DNA of 64,000 bases from Eukaryota sp. TZLM1-RC (lineage: Eukaryota > Protista > Metamonada: BaSk clade), in NCBI GenBank assembly GCA_040285825.1, contig JAUPSS010000004.1, positions 6,291,784 to 6,355,783 on the forward strand. The letters run 5' to 3'. Position numbers and translations under genes: made by a program. Positions within the stretch are counted from its first letter, which is position 1. Every line of letters begins with the position of its first letter. The notes under the pieces were generated by a model. It was not told the origin of the DNA. It was given only the letters and a program-made list of their open reading frames with translations, and ran no database searches. Of this stretch, positions 10,940-21,200 are shown piece by piece.

Positions 10940-11985
10940 ATGAATAACAATAGTCAAATACACAACTAAAGCCACACATCCTCAAAATCTACATCCCCTA
11001 CTTCAAAACAATTAATTACTAAAGATTCAACAAAATCGTCAAGGAAAGCCATAGCAGCCTTACCTAAAGATCTAAGTATTGAAGAAACAAAGGGACGTAA
11101 ATTATCTTGGGCATGAGAATTTTCATTGGCAGAACAAGGAGATTTCGCGTATTTAGCATATTTTAATTTTTCGCCAGCAATAAGAGGACTATCAACATCT
11201 GAATTAATGAAATGTTCGTTAGAAGAATTATAAAGGTCAATGAACATGGCTTCTGTAATACTAAATCTACCATTTAAGCTTGCAACAACTAAATCACCTC
11301 TTGCCAGACCCAAAGAAGCTCTCTTGTAGCGCGTACTATCAATACTGGGGTCATCGAGAATTAATTTTGATAGCAAAGGCTCTAAAAAGGAATCTACTCG
11401 ATATGATTTGTACATTACATAAATTTGGTCCCTGACATTATTATGCACTTTACTTCTAAATGTAATGAAATCTTTACAGTTCAAAGGTGAGTAAACAAAA
11501 GAGGTTTACTACATTTACATGTTAAATGATTGGGCAAATTGTTTGGTTATAGAAAACAACGAAAACGCATGTTCAAAAGCCATTTATTGTTTTTTAACAA
11601 AACTCCATGAACAAAGGGAGTTTGAGTTACTAAAGCAACAGCAGAACTATTACGAATGTCCTTTAAACAATTGGTGAAAGCGGGATTTTCAGTTTTGGCC
11701 AAGCCAAGTCTTACTTCATAATCCAAGCTGTCATATTATTTGAGCAGATGGTGCTGAAGCTTTTTCAGGCAAAAGCGTAAATTTGGGAGTGATCGGATGG
11801 GAATTTTTTGAACATTCTGAGGAAAACACTGAATACAGATATCACTGGGCAAATGATGTTATTCAAAATGAAGTTGATTTAAGTGAAAAAATTTGATTCA
11901 CCATGGATCAGATGAACAACATAAGAAAACCTTTGGAAAAATTCAAAAATAGAATTTTTTCTTCCTCCCAAAATTGCTCCTTTAC
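10940..11985 (-). mobile_element. CRE-clade retrotransposon family C remnant (RLE region)
   Basis: ORF 10966-11484 has HNNVRD, EPLL, RGDL and EKLKYAKY (restriction-like endonuclease). It shares sequence with 58290-58700, and its 3' UTR start TAGTTGTSTATTTGAC matches ~26441. Confidence 0.75.
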
Positions 11986-12213
11986 ACAAAATCGAAGATT
12001 TAGTGAACCAATTCCACCCAATGCAGCTGAATCATTTATATTTAAATTTTGATTGCACATTCTGTTTTCATTCTCTTGGATGCTCAATCATTGAGACAAA
12101 TAACTGGAACTATAGCATTCATCTGGAAGAATTGATCCACACTCTACAGCATTCTGAATGTTGAGTGCAGATATCTCCAAAAACTTATCACATCCACGAT
12201 CTTGTAATCCTTT

Positions 12214-13519
12214 ATGTTTGAGTGTTTCAGAGGACTCCACAGAAATGTCTACATCTCAGCTGCTACATCTTTCTTTGCAGAAATGAGTATAAGAATGGTG
12301 TTTGATCTTGTGCCATTGTTTCTTTATTCAGTCATTTACACCCCTCCATTTCTTGTAGCATTCACAGAAAACATAACTGATTCACTTGCACATGTTCTTA
12401 AGTTAGTTTTCGGTCGCATGGCTGATTCATCAGGACGAAAATTATTAACAGGACTTGGATATTTACTTGGACTAATACCACGTCCCTTGCTTTTCAATGT
12501 GAAAAATTGGTGGGTATGTTCTTGATATTACTCACTGTAGGTGGTGTTTCTTGCCAAGCTTACAGAACGTGTAGGAAAGGGGATGAGAACTGCCCCAAGA
12601 GACGCACTGCTGGCCGACTCAACAAACCCTCAACAAAGGTCTGTGGCATATGGTCTCCAAAGGGCTTGTGATATGATAGGAGGACTCCTGGGAATGGGGT
12701 TTATTCTAATATGTATGCATTCTTTCACTTCCAGTCATCTAACCTGCAGCATTGATAGTGTTAAAATCGCCGACATCGCTCAACCGCTCGTTATTCAATT
12801 GGTTTTGTTTGATCAGTCTCATTCCTGCATCAATAGCAGTTCTTATTTGGTTTCTTGGTATTACAGAAGATTTTCAGCCTGTAGCATCAACTGGTAATGG
12901 GTTAGTTGAGGACATATCAACCCTAGGCTCAAAGTTTTATCAGATAGTGTTTGTGACCAGCTTCTTTTCTATTGGCTTTCTCGGAAATTCCTTCAACTTG
13001 ATGCTTGTAAAGGACTTGGACATTGAATTGGAAGTTATACTCACTTTACTTTTGTTTTCCCGTCTCATTGGTTCCATAGGGGGCACTAGCCTGCCGTATG
13101 TTGTCGACAGATTTGGAGTGAAGCAAGCCAATCTACTGGGTTATTTGAGTCATTCTATTGCGTGTTTGCTGTTTGTCTTGGGCCACCACACTCGAAACTT
13201 GCCTATTTTCTTCATTGCTTTTGGCATTTTTGGCTATTCCATTTCCATCCATCGTACTTCAGCAAAGACTTTAACGTCTCTTATCGTTCCCTCGAGACAT
13301 CAAGGGTTAGCTCTGGGTGGACTGTTTGCCATGATTGGTTTCGGGACATCAGTCGGTGCAATCATTACAGGATGGTTGTATTCCTTGAAGAGTACTTACC
13401 CATTCTTTTATGGGGCAATATTTGGGATCTTGTCAATGATTTTGTTGACGTTTATTTATAAGGACGAACGATTTCAGCCAAGATTTCAAGACCAACTATT
13501 AGAAGGCGACAATGATTGA
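12214..13519 (+). CDS. MFS transporter, 3 exons (introns 12514-12540, 12713-12749)
   Basis: MFS motifs FGRMADSSGRK, ERVGKGMRTAPRDALLADS and VDRFG. Removing the two GT..AG introns (27 and 37 nt) joins the three ORF pieces in frame. Confidence 0.85.
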
Positions 13520-13883
13520 GTGCTTGTTTTAACATAAAATGTAGATTTGATTGGAGTAAAATGTTTGTTGAAGAAATCAGGAACTAGCAACCATTAAGCA
13601 CAGTTTCAACTGTGACAGTGGCGTTTATTCGTACAGTGCTTTAGGTGGTATTTCAAAGTTGTAACATTTTTGCTCCTGTCTGTCGCATTCTAATAAATAA
13701 TCGATGTTTCTCACCGTGTTTTTATATTAATGGTAATCAAAGCTGTCCAGGTCTAATGGATTTGACAAGAACTGAGGGCAATTTGAGTCTGGTATAGATT
13801 TGTTTGGATCAATTATTATAATTAATGCAAAAAAATGGTTTGTTGAATTTGAAATTTCATTTTGTTGATTGATCACCACTAGA

Positions 13884-15722
13884 ATGGCCCTAAACCTCCA
13901 CAGAAAGCTTGCTTCTATACGAGGTGCCAATGTAAGCTCTGTTAGCAAACTTTCCCCAAATGCAGACCCTCTTCGCAAAGTGTTTGACCCCTTTCTAGGA
14001 CAACATACAGCTACCATTCTTGACACGTTCCAATCTATGAATCTCAATTGCATTAGATTGATGGTATCATGGGAAGAAATCGAACCCAATCGCTTGCAGT
14101 TTAACACCTCTTATCTTTCTGGAATCAAAAAATTTGTTAGAAATTGTAACAATCGATCGATCGATGTGATTCTCGATTTCCACCAAGACTTGTACAGCAG
14201 AAAGCTTGGTGGTGACGGCTTCCCTGATTGGGTTCTTCCTCCTAAACTCCAAAGTCTCAACCAACAGTACAAAGAAACAGAACTATGGGCAGGACGCTTG
14301 GTCTTTTCTCCACAACAAAGAATAGCATGGGAACATTTTTGGGATGATGACAGCGAGGTTGTTGAGCACTATTTAAACATGATGTTGACGGTTTTGGAGT
14401 ATTTGAAAGGAGTTGATTTAATGGCCATTGATATCATAAATGAGCCGAGTTTTCCTGAATTGTTTTTATTAAGTTCAGTGGTTAGGTCAAAAAGGAAGCT
14501 CAGAAGTTGTTTGACTTCCTTCTACTCTCGCATCATCCCTGCAATCTCCCCCAAACTTGGTTCGAACACTCTCTTCTTTGTTGAACCTTATGCTGCTGAC
14601 TCATCACAGTTTCTTCAACATATTGGCATGGACCCTCTCAACATTCCCTCTCCTCTCCTTTCACGATGTGTTTATGCTGCACATGCCTACGAAACTGTGC
14701 CTTTAAAACCTTTTCCCCATTGGTTTAGACTGGGGGCACCTGGCAGGTCATTTGAAGGGATAATAAAAAATCATTTAAGGACAGCCCACAATCTTGGAAT
14801 TCCGCTATTTATTGGGGAATTTGGTGATTTGACCATGAATAGTTGCAGTGAATGGTCGCTCAAATCTCTCGGAAGGCAAATTTACTTAATGTCAAGGTTA
14901 GGAATTGGTTCTTGTATTTATGAATTTAATCCTACCAAGTTTACCTGGAATTGTGAATATATGTCAATTATAGATGATAAGTTGATTCCAACAAAAGTAT
15001 TTGATGATATAATTAAGCCTCTTCAAGTTGATAACCCTTTAGAGTCTTGCTTGGTCTTTATTCAAACTAGGAAAAGACTGGAAAGTCAACGTCAGTCCAG
15101 ACAGCTTTCTTCTTTGTTTTTACCTCTATTGAAACATCATTCAGCTGTGAAATCAGCCTCTTTCCTTCAAACTGTTAGTTTTGCAAGTAATTCTCGTCTC
15201 ATTCATGTATTCAATGATCCATTAGTTGATAGTGCGACATTAGAACCAGGAATTTCAGCGATAAAAGGTCCTGAACTTGATACCGTTTTCCTTTCTCCTT
15301 GTTTCAGCTCTGGGGTCTTTCATTGCAATTCTTATGGAGTTTTCGCTGTTTTTAATTTAGAATCAGGAATTAATTTGGATTATATATTATTCAAACTTCA
15401 AGAAATGTTGATTAATCAACTTGCAGTCTCATTCATCTCCGTTTTAACCAACTTAGATCACACAATTGGTGGTTTAATTGTTGGATCGGACACTGAACGT
15501 AGCAGTAAGTCGTTGTACACTTCCATAAGGACTTTGTTACTTTCCAATCAATCCCTTCTTTCCCTGGGCGTTTCTGCTCCTGGATTGTCTAGGTTGGAAG
15601 AGCCTTTCGTTCCAGCTATCATCAAGAGGCCTATAGATGTTCAGTACTCAAAGTTTATTGTTCTAATTTCATTAATTATTGGAATTTTAGCGTTTTTCTT
15701 TTTGAAAAATCCAGCAAAATAG
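13884..15722 (+). CDS. GH5 endoglycoceramidase/glycosylceramidase-like enzyme with C-terminal transmembrane anchor
   Basis: IRLMVSWEEIEP, VILDFHQDLYSRKLGGDGFPDW, acid/base motif INEP, HAY, nucleophile motif IGEFG; hydrophobic C-terminal helix. First ATG is at 13884. Confidence 0.85.
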   Translation: MALNLHRKLASIRGANVSSVSKLSPNADPLRKVFDPFLGQHTATILDTFQSMNLNCIRLMVSWEEIEPNRLQFNTSYLSGIKKFVRNCNNRSIDVILDFHQDLYSRKLGGDGFPDWVLPPKLQSLNQQYKETELWAGRLVFSPQQRIAWEHFWDDDSEVVEHYLNMMLTVLEYLKGVDLMAIDIINEPSFPELFLLSSVVRSKRKLRSCLTSFYSRIIPAISPKLGSNTLFFVEPYAADSSQFLQHIGMDPLNIPSPLLSRCVYAAHAYETVPLKPFPHWFRLGAPGRSFEGIIKNHLRTAHNLGIPLFIGEFGDLTMNSCSEWSLKSLGRQIYLMSRLGIGSCIYEFNPTKFTWNCEYMSIIDDKLIPTKVFDDIIKPLQVDNPLESCLVFIQTRKRLESQRQSRQLSSLFLPLLKHHSAVKSASFLQTVSFASNSRLIHVFNDPLVDSATLEPGISAIKGPELDTVFLSPCFSSGVFHCNSYGVFAVFNLESGINLDYILFKLQEMLINQLAVSFISVLTNLDHTIGGLIVGSDTERSSKSLYTSIRTLLLSNQSLLSLGVSAPGLSRLEEPFVPAIIKRPIDVQYSKFIVLISLIIGILAFFFLKNPAK

Positions 15723-16513
15723 TTGTTTTGATTAATAAATATGAGTTTAATTCTATCAGAAGTAATTTGAGTAATATACAAGCACGATAAAGTTGATCCT
15801 AAAGCTCTGATGGAATCTTTGTTAGCTTTTCTGGATGCAAAAGATAATTTCAACCAACAAAGAGTTACCTGTTGAACAGACTGCATTACTGAATTTGGTG
15901 AACTATTAGGAAGTGTTCAAATAGAATTAGAATAGCGATAATCATTGTTAGTTCACTATCTTTATCAAAAAAGTTCAAATTTGTAACAACCTTCATCAAC
16001 AATGTCTCATATGGAATTTCCTATGGAAAGAATGAATTCTTGAGAAGTATCCTGTACACTTACATAACAAGAAATTGAGAGCAACTGCCTTTCAAACGTC
16101 ATTTTCTTATACTGTAAACTTCTCACCATTTTTTATAATATGATGATGGAACAAATTGTCAAATTACAATAATGATTTTAGTGAAATTGTTCAATTTTAA
16201 AATCATTTCAAAAGCTTTACATCTATCCCCCTGCTTTGATATCCTCAATCTATGACAGACTTCTCCTACCGAAGATGCTACACTATAAATGGGCAATTTG
16301 GTTTAATTGTTAGGCAAACTGTTGAATCTAGTGCTTTTTGTTTCTTGTTCTTTAATTTGTTATTTTCGGCCATGAATATGACTGATAGATACTATTAGCA
16401 TTAGTAGACAAAAGCGCTGTTTTTATTACCAAAAAATTGAGAAACAAAATGGTTTTCACCGAGAATTAAGAAAAATATAATACAAATACAAAACTAATTA
16501 ATTAATTAATTAA

Positions 16514-17998
16514 TTAATCAAGGTCAAAACTACTCCTAGATTCCAAAAGACTAAAAGCAAAGCTACCAGTCCGAGCTTCAACCTTATCCTCTCCACTGTG
16601 TCCTTCTTCTACTTCTTCTTTGTCTTCGAAATCCTCTGCAGGTTGATTTGAACTAGATGGTAGTGAAGGAAGACCAAAACCTTTGGAAGCAACAACAGAA
16701 GCAGAAAGAAAAGAACGGGTTGGTTGAGGTACAACAGTAACAACGTCTTCAGAGTCAGAAAGGTCACTCTCGACCTTGACAACAGAAGTTGATTGATTTG
16801 ATTGATAGCTCTTATCAGGTGATTCAACTGTAGGAATGGTTTTGCAGAACCCATCATCAATCTTTTTGACCGAATCACGTGTTTTTCTTCGTTGGTCAAC
16901 AGAAGCACGTGCTTTTGAGTGGATTTTTCTTGACAAATCATTAAAGGTTCTCTTCTCAAATGAAGAAACACTTTCTGTATGCAATTGATTCGCCTCATTC
17001 ACAGAGAGCTTTCCCATAGATTTAGATGGATCAAGAACTGTTTTATTCATTGAGGAGAGAGAAAGCAGCTTGGATTTTTCAACGGAAGGTTTCACCTCGT
17101 GTTTCGTGTGATTTCGAAGAACCGAAGTAACCAAGTTGAGACCTCTACTATTGATAGAATCAGAAGATGAACCAAGAAGGGAAGTTGTCAAGGTTCCTGA
17201 CTGATCAAAAGTCAATCTTTTGTTTGATTGATTGGTTGCCGGTCGATTTTTGACCCATGGTTTTGAACCTAAAGCAGCAGTAAAGCGTAAAGGAAGGGAA
17301 TGTGATTTTCGCTTGAAATCACAGGAAAAAGACCTAGGTTTTTGACCAGATGGTGGCGGCGGCGGTGGTGGAGGGCTATTTGACTTGACTTGACTTTCTT
17401 GAACATTCTGATCTACTTTATTAACATGATCGAGATCAACTTCTGGTTGTGGTTCTTCAATCATACGCGATTGATTGATTGATTGATCATTTGATTGGCA
17501 GTCAACAATGGGTTCAGACTTAGTATCCTCAACATCAACTTCCTGACAAACTTTTACATCATCCAAACCATCGTCATCTTTTTCTTCCCCAAAACTCACT
17601 GATTTTGGTGGTTCAGGTACACTATAAGTAGAGACCAAAGACCTTGCTGACCTGGCCGTGGACTCGGCATCCATAGCAGAGAGACGTGGAGAAGGGGGAG
17701 CTCTAGAAAGAGAACGTGAATGGGGAGTTGAGATTGGTATAGTATTTCTACGTTCGCGTATGTCAGAGATTCCTTTTCTGAGACGTGTTATCTCGTGCTC
17801 TACGGTTTGTTTTCGAAGAGAAGTATCCATTGAAGGGGTTGTTGAACGAGGAGCTTGTTGTGTAGAAGATGTGTTTTCCATGGCATGTCGCGAAAAAGAG
17901 GATTCTTGAGTCCTTCTTTTGGAAAGAAGATGAAGATATTCAGATACTGACTGATGCGGTTGGAGTTGAGACTCAAGTAATTTGATATCTGAAGACAT
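16514..17998 (-). CDS. Hypothetical Ser/Pro-rich, largely disordered protein
   Basis: 494-aa ORF with a short coiled coil and a poly-Pro tract; preceded by the class 2 motif. No family recognised. Confidence 0.7.
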   Translation of the reverse strand: MSSDIKLLESQLQPHQSVSEYLHLLSKRRTQESSFSRHAMENTSSTQQAPRSTTPSMDTSLRKQTVEHEITRLRKGISDIRERRNTIPISTPHSRSLSRAPPSPRLSAMDAESTARSARSLVSTYSVPEPPKSVSFGEEKDDDGLDDVKVCQEVDVEDTKSEPIVDCQSNDQSINQSRMIEEPQPEVDLDHVNKVDQNVQESQVKSNSPPPPPPPPSGQKPRSFSCDFKRKSHSLPLRFTAALGSKPWVKNRPATNQSNKRLTFDQSGTLTTSLLGSSSDSINSRGLNLVTSVLRNHTKHEVKPSVEKSKLLSLSSMNKTVLDPSKSMGKLSVNEANQLHTESVSSFEKRTFNDLSRKIHSKARASVDQRRKTRDSVKKIDDGFCKTIPTVESPDKSYQSNQSTSVVKVESDLSDSEDVVTVVPQPTRSFLSASVVASKGFGLPSLPSSSNQPAEDFEDKEEVEEGHSGEDKVEARTGSFAFSLLESRSSFDLD

Positions 17999-18025
17999 CG
18001 GCTAGTTGCACAGAAACGTATAATA
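17999..18025 (-). promoter_or_regulatory. Pre-ATG motif class 2
   Basis: TATTATACGTTTCTGTGCAACTAGCCG-ATG, 19/27 identity to the RME-8 upstream sequence. Confidence 0.5.
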
Positions 18026-18286
18026 GATGCAAACCGTTGAGATTTGGACTCGGAGGAAATCAATCATTAAAAGCAGTTGTTTTCATTCAACTACATTCTT
18101 ATCCACTTACAAGTCATAACTGTTACAGCTTTGGGAAAATACAATTGAACAGATTGATGCACTGGACAGTGTGGCATATAAAATGGAAATAAAACTTAAA
18201 GTATTTTACAGCAAAAAATCCGAGATGATTAAATCACCAATAAATAACTATATACAACTTACCTTAAACTAATTGAAGTAAAAACC

Positions 18287-21200
18287 TCACCTACCAGAAT
18301 TCACCTTCCGCACTAGCATCGTTCCTTTATAACCTACGGTACTACCAATCAAATCATAGAGCTTATACCACCCATCTTCCAAAGCTTCATGAAATAGTTC
18401 AGCTTGAGGACGTTCGTTGGGAGGAAGACTTTCCACATAAGTCCAATTTGAGTACAACACAGTGCAACAAACCTCCAAAAGATCACAAAAACTGGACTTC
18501 AACTCTTCCAAGTCCTGTTGTGGCTGGCCCTCTCCAAAGAACGATTCGAATATAGCTGCAGGTCCAGCATTGACCATAGCCAACAAACTTCCTTGGATTT
18601 GCATCTGAGCTACCATTGGATCTTTGGCCATTGCAGAGGCAAGGGAGGCGACTCGTTGTTGTAGACCTTGTGCAGCAGAACTAACGGGACTAAGCTCATG
18701 TTCGGTAAATGATTCAACAGAAACTCTAATTCTAGGTGCAGGGAGATAGGAATGGGTCGAAATATGAGTCTTTTTTATCCATATTTGATTAGGTGAAGCA
18801 GTAGACACTTTAGATCCATCTTTTGTAAATGGATATTGAAACTCAAACCGTCTAAAACAAACTTGATCTAAACTAGAAATTTCCAAAGGGTTAAGACCAA
18901 CACCTTTGCATGGCGTAACTTCTGTAACAAAAACATAAACAGTATCATCCCTAAACTCCTGCTTTTGTATCTTTTGTCCAGGTTTGACAACTACTGGAGC
19001 AGAAAACGCCTTTGTAAATACAGGAGACACAGCATGAAGTTTGGTAAGGGGAGGGAATTGGTAGACATAGTTCTTATTATCATAATCGCCAGCTGCTTTT
19101 CCTTTGAATCTGACCAAATAAAACGTCGACTGTCTATAATTTTTTGACTTTTCAAACGAATTCTTCCAGTCAACCAAAATCACAGGGACTTCAGACTTTT
19201 TGAGCTGTGAAGTTAAATAGAGTCGAAGGGGGAAAAGGGTATTAATAAATGGTCCAATTCCAGCCAAGACAGAGTAAGCAGTAGCCTTATCAACATAATC
19301 CAAGTAAAGATTTAATTGGCGATGAAATTCATCACCAACTGTGGACATGTCAAATTCCTCCAAGAAATTGTTACATGTATAGGTAGAGCACAGTCCAGTT
19401 AAATCGTGTAGGGAGAGTAAAGTGCTCTGTGAATCACGTTTACTATCACGTGAACTTTTGACCTTTTGGATTGGAGAAATAAGAGTGGCAAGACGGACAT
19501 AGACTAAACTTGCAGAGGAAAAATAGGAATTTTTAATATAAAATGACGCTAATTGTTCAAGCCAAGATAATTCCAAATCAACATTATCCGTGTTGGAAAT
19601 AGACAGACGATAAATTAGATCAGATTCAGTAAAAAGGTCAGAATTACCAGCTTTTTGGGCATTTTTCAACGTAAATGTGTCAGTAATGATTGATTTTAAC
19701 AACCGCACAGTCAGTGTCGTCCACTTTTGAGCCTTATTCGTCTTGGTAACCAAAAGATCCAGTAATTGAGGAAGGTTGTCTTTAATTTCAACGCTTGAAT
19801 CTGACAAAACAGTGGATAATGACTTGCATAAAAGTCGCTTGACTTGGTTTGACTTTGATTGAATAAACCCAACTTCTAAAAGAACTGCCACGACTTCCAT
19901 GGCAGCATTTTGAAGGTACAACGCTCTGTAATTCATGTATTTCAGTAAATGTAAAAACAAAGATTCCAACTTTGACTCTGAATTGGAATCAAAAATGATT
20001 GAATAATGTCGAAACGGAAGGTTGACGAGTAATTGGAATATAGAGAAAAAACCATATTCTGAGAGAGATTGGTTAAGAAATTCAAAAACTATTTCATAGA
20101 CTAACATTGCAGTCTGATTCTTTCTTGAGCTCTTTTCAGATTTTGGGAAAATTTTCTCTGAGGAAACCGACATTGATACAATATTTAAAATATTCATTAT
20201 CACACGTACATAATTTTGAGACAAATACCCACCAAACCAATTATCATCATTATAAATAGGAGATTCATCAGAATTAGAAGAGGGGAAACCATCAATTGAT
20301 TTCCTAAAAGTCATGGAGAATCTACTTGAAAACTTACAACTACCACGTGGTGCCACGCTGTCAACACGTGTAGAAGGCATATCACCATCAACCAAAGCAC
20401 CAGAACCCGTCTCAATAGAGTTTGACCTACGTCTTCCAGTATTAGCCAAGGCCGTCGAGATGGAAGCGTAGTTCGAAACTACTTGTGACCTAGCACGGAT
20501 GGCAGGAGTAACTTCAGTTTCAGAATTAATTGTTTCTAATTGAGAAAACTTTGGATCAGTTCTGAGTTGATGAGACAAACCACTTGGAGGTGCATGTCCA
20601 ATGGTATTGAATCCTGGTCTGGAAAAAGAATGTAACTGACTTCTCTTGACTTCAAATTTATTTGATGGTTTTGTTCCAGAATAAGTTGACTGAATGGCCT
20701 TGGCAAAGTCATTAGCCTTGGCCTCAGGAGTATCCTCAGTGAATTTACGGTCTCTGACAATGGATACACAATGATCAATGGAAAACTTGGTAGAATTTGT
20801 TTTAAAGAGGTTTAGGATATTTAGAATTGATACGTGATTGATATTGGAAAGTAACAAAGTCAGCAACTGTTCACCAAGAAAAGAGAATATCCAAATAATG
20901 AAAAACACGTGAGCTTCTGACAAGGGTGACATTGACGAGTAGAGATCATTATCAATCAAAGTCAGTAGAAACGGTGAAAAAGCAAGAGCAGATTTTTGTC
21001 GCTCCTTTTCACTCAATGAAGCATCATTTTCAATTCTACAAGCTGTATGAATAAAATTCAAAATTAATTGGTCAACGAAATTCTTAGAATAGTCACGTGA
21101 TTTGATTAAATCTAAAAGACCAGATAAAGGCAACCCAGCAATTGGAAAAATTTCTAAAATATTGGTCAAATATGCATTTACATCTGAAATTTTCGAATGT

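Noticed and set aside
16495-16517. (TAAT)n palindromic run; also a 15-bp duplication at 29853-29882
   Set aside because: Ordinary slippage repeats in AT-rich DNA.
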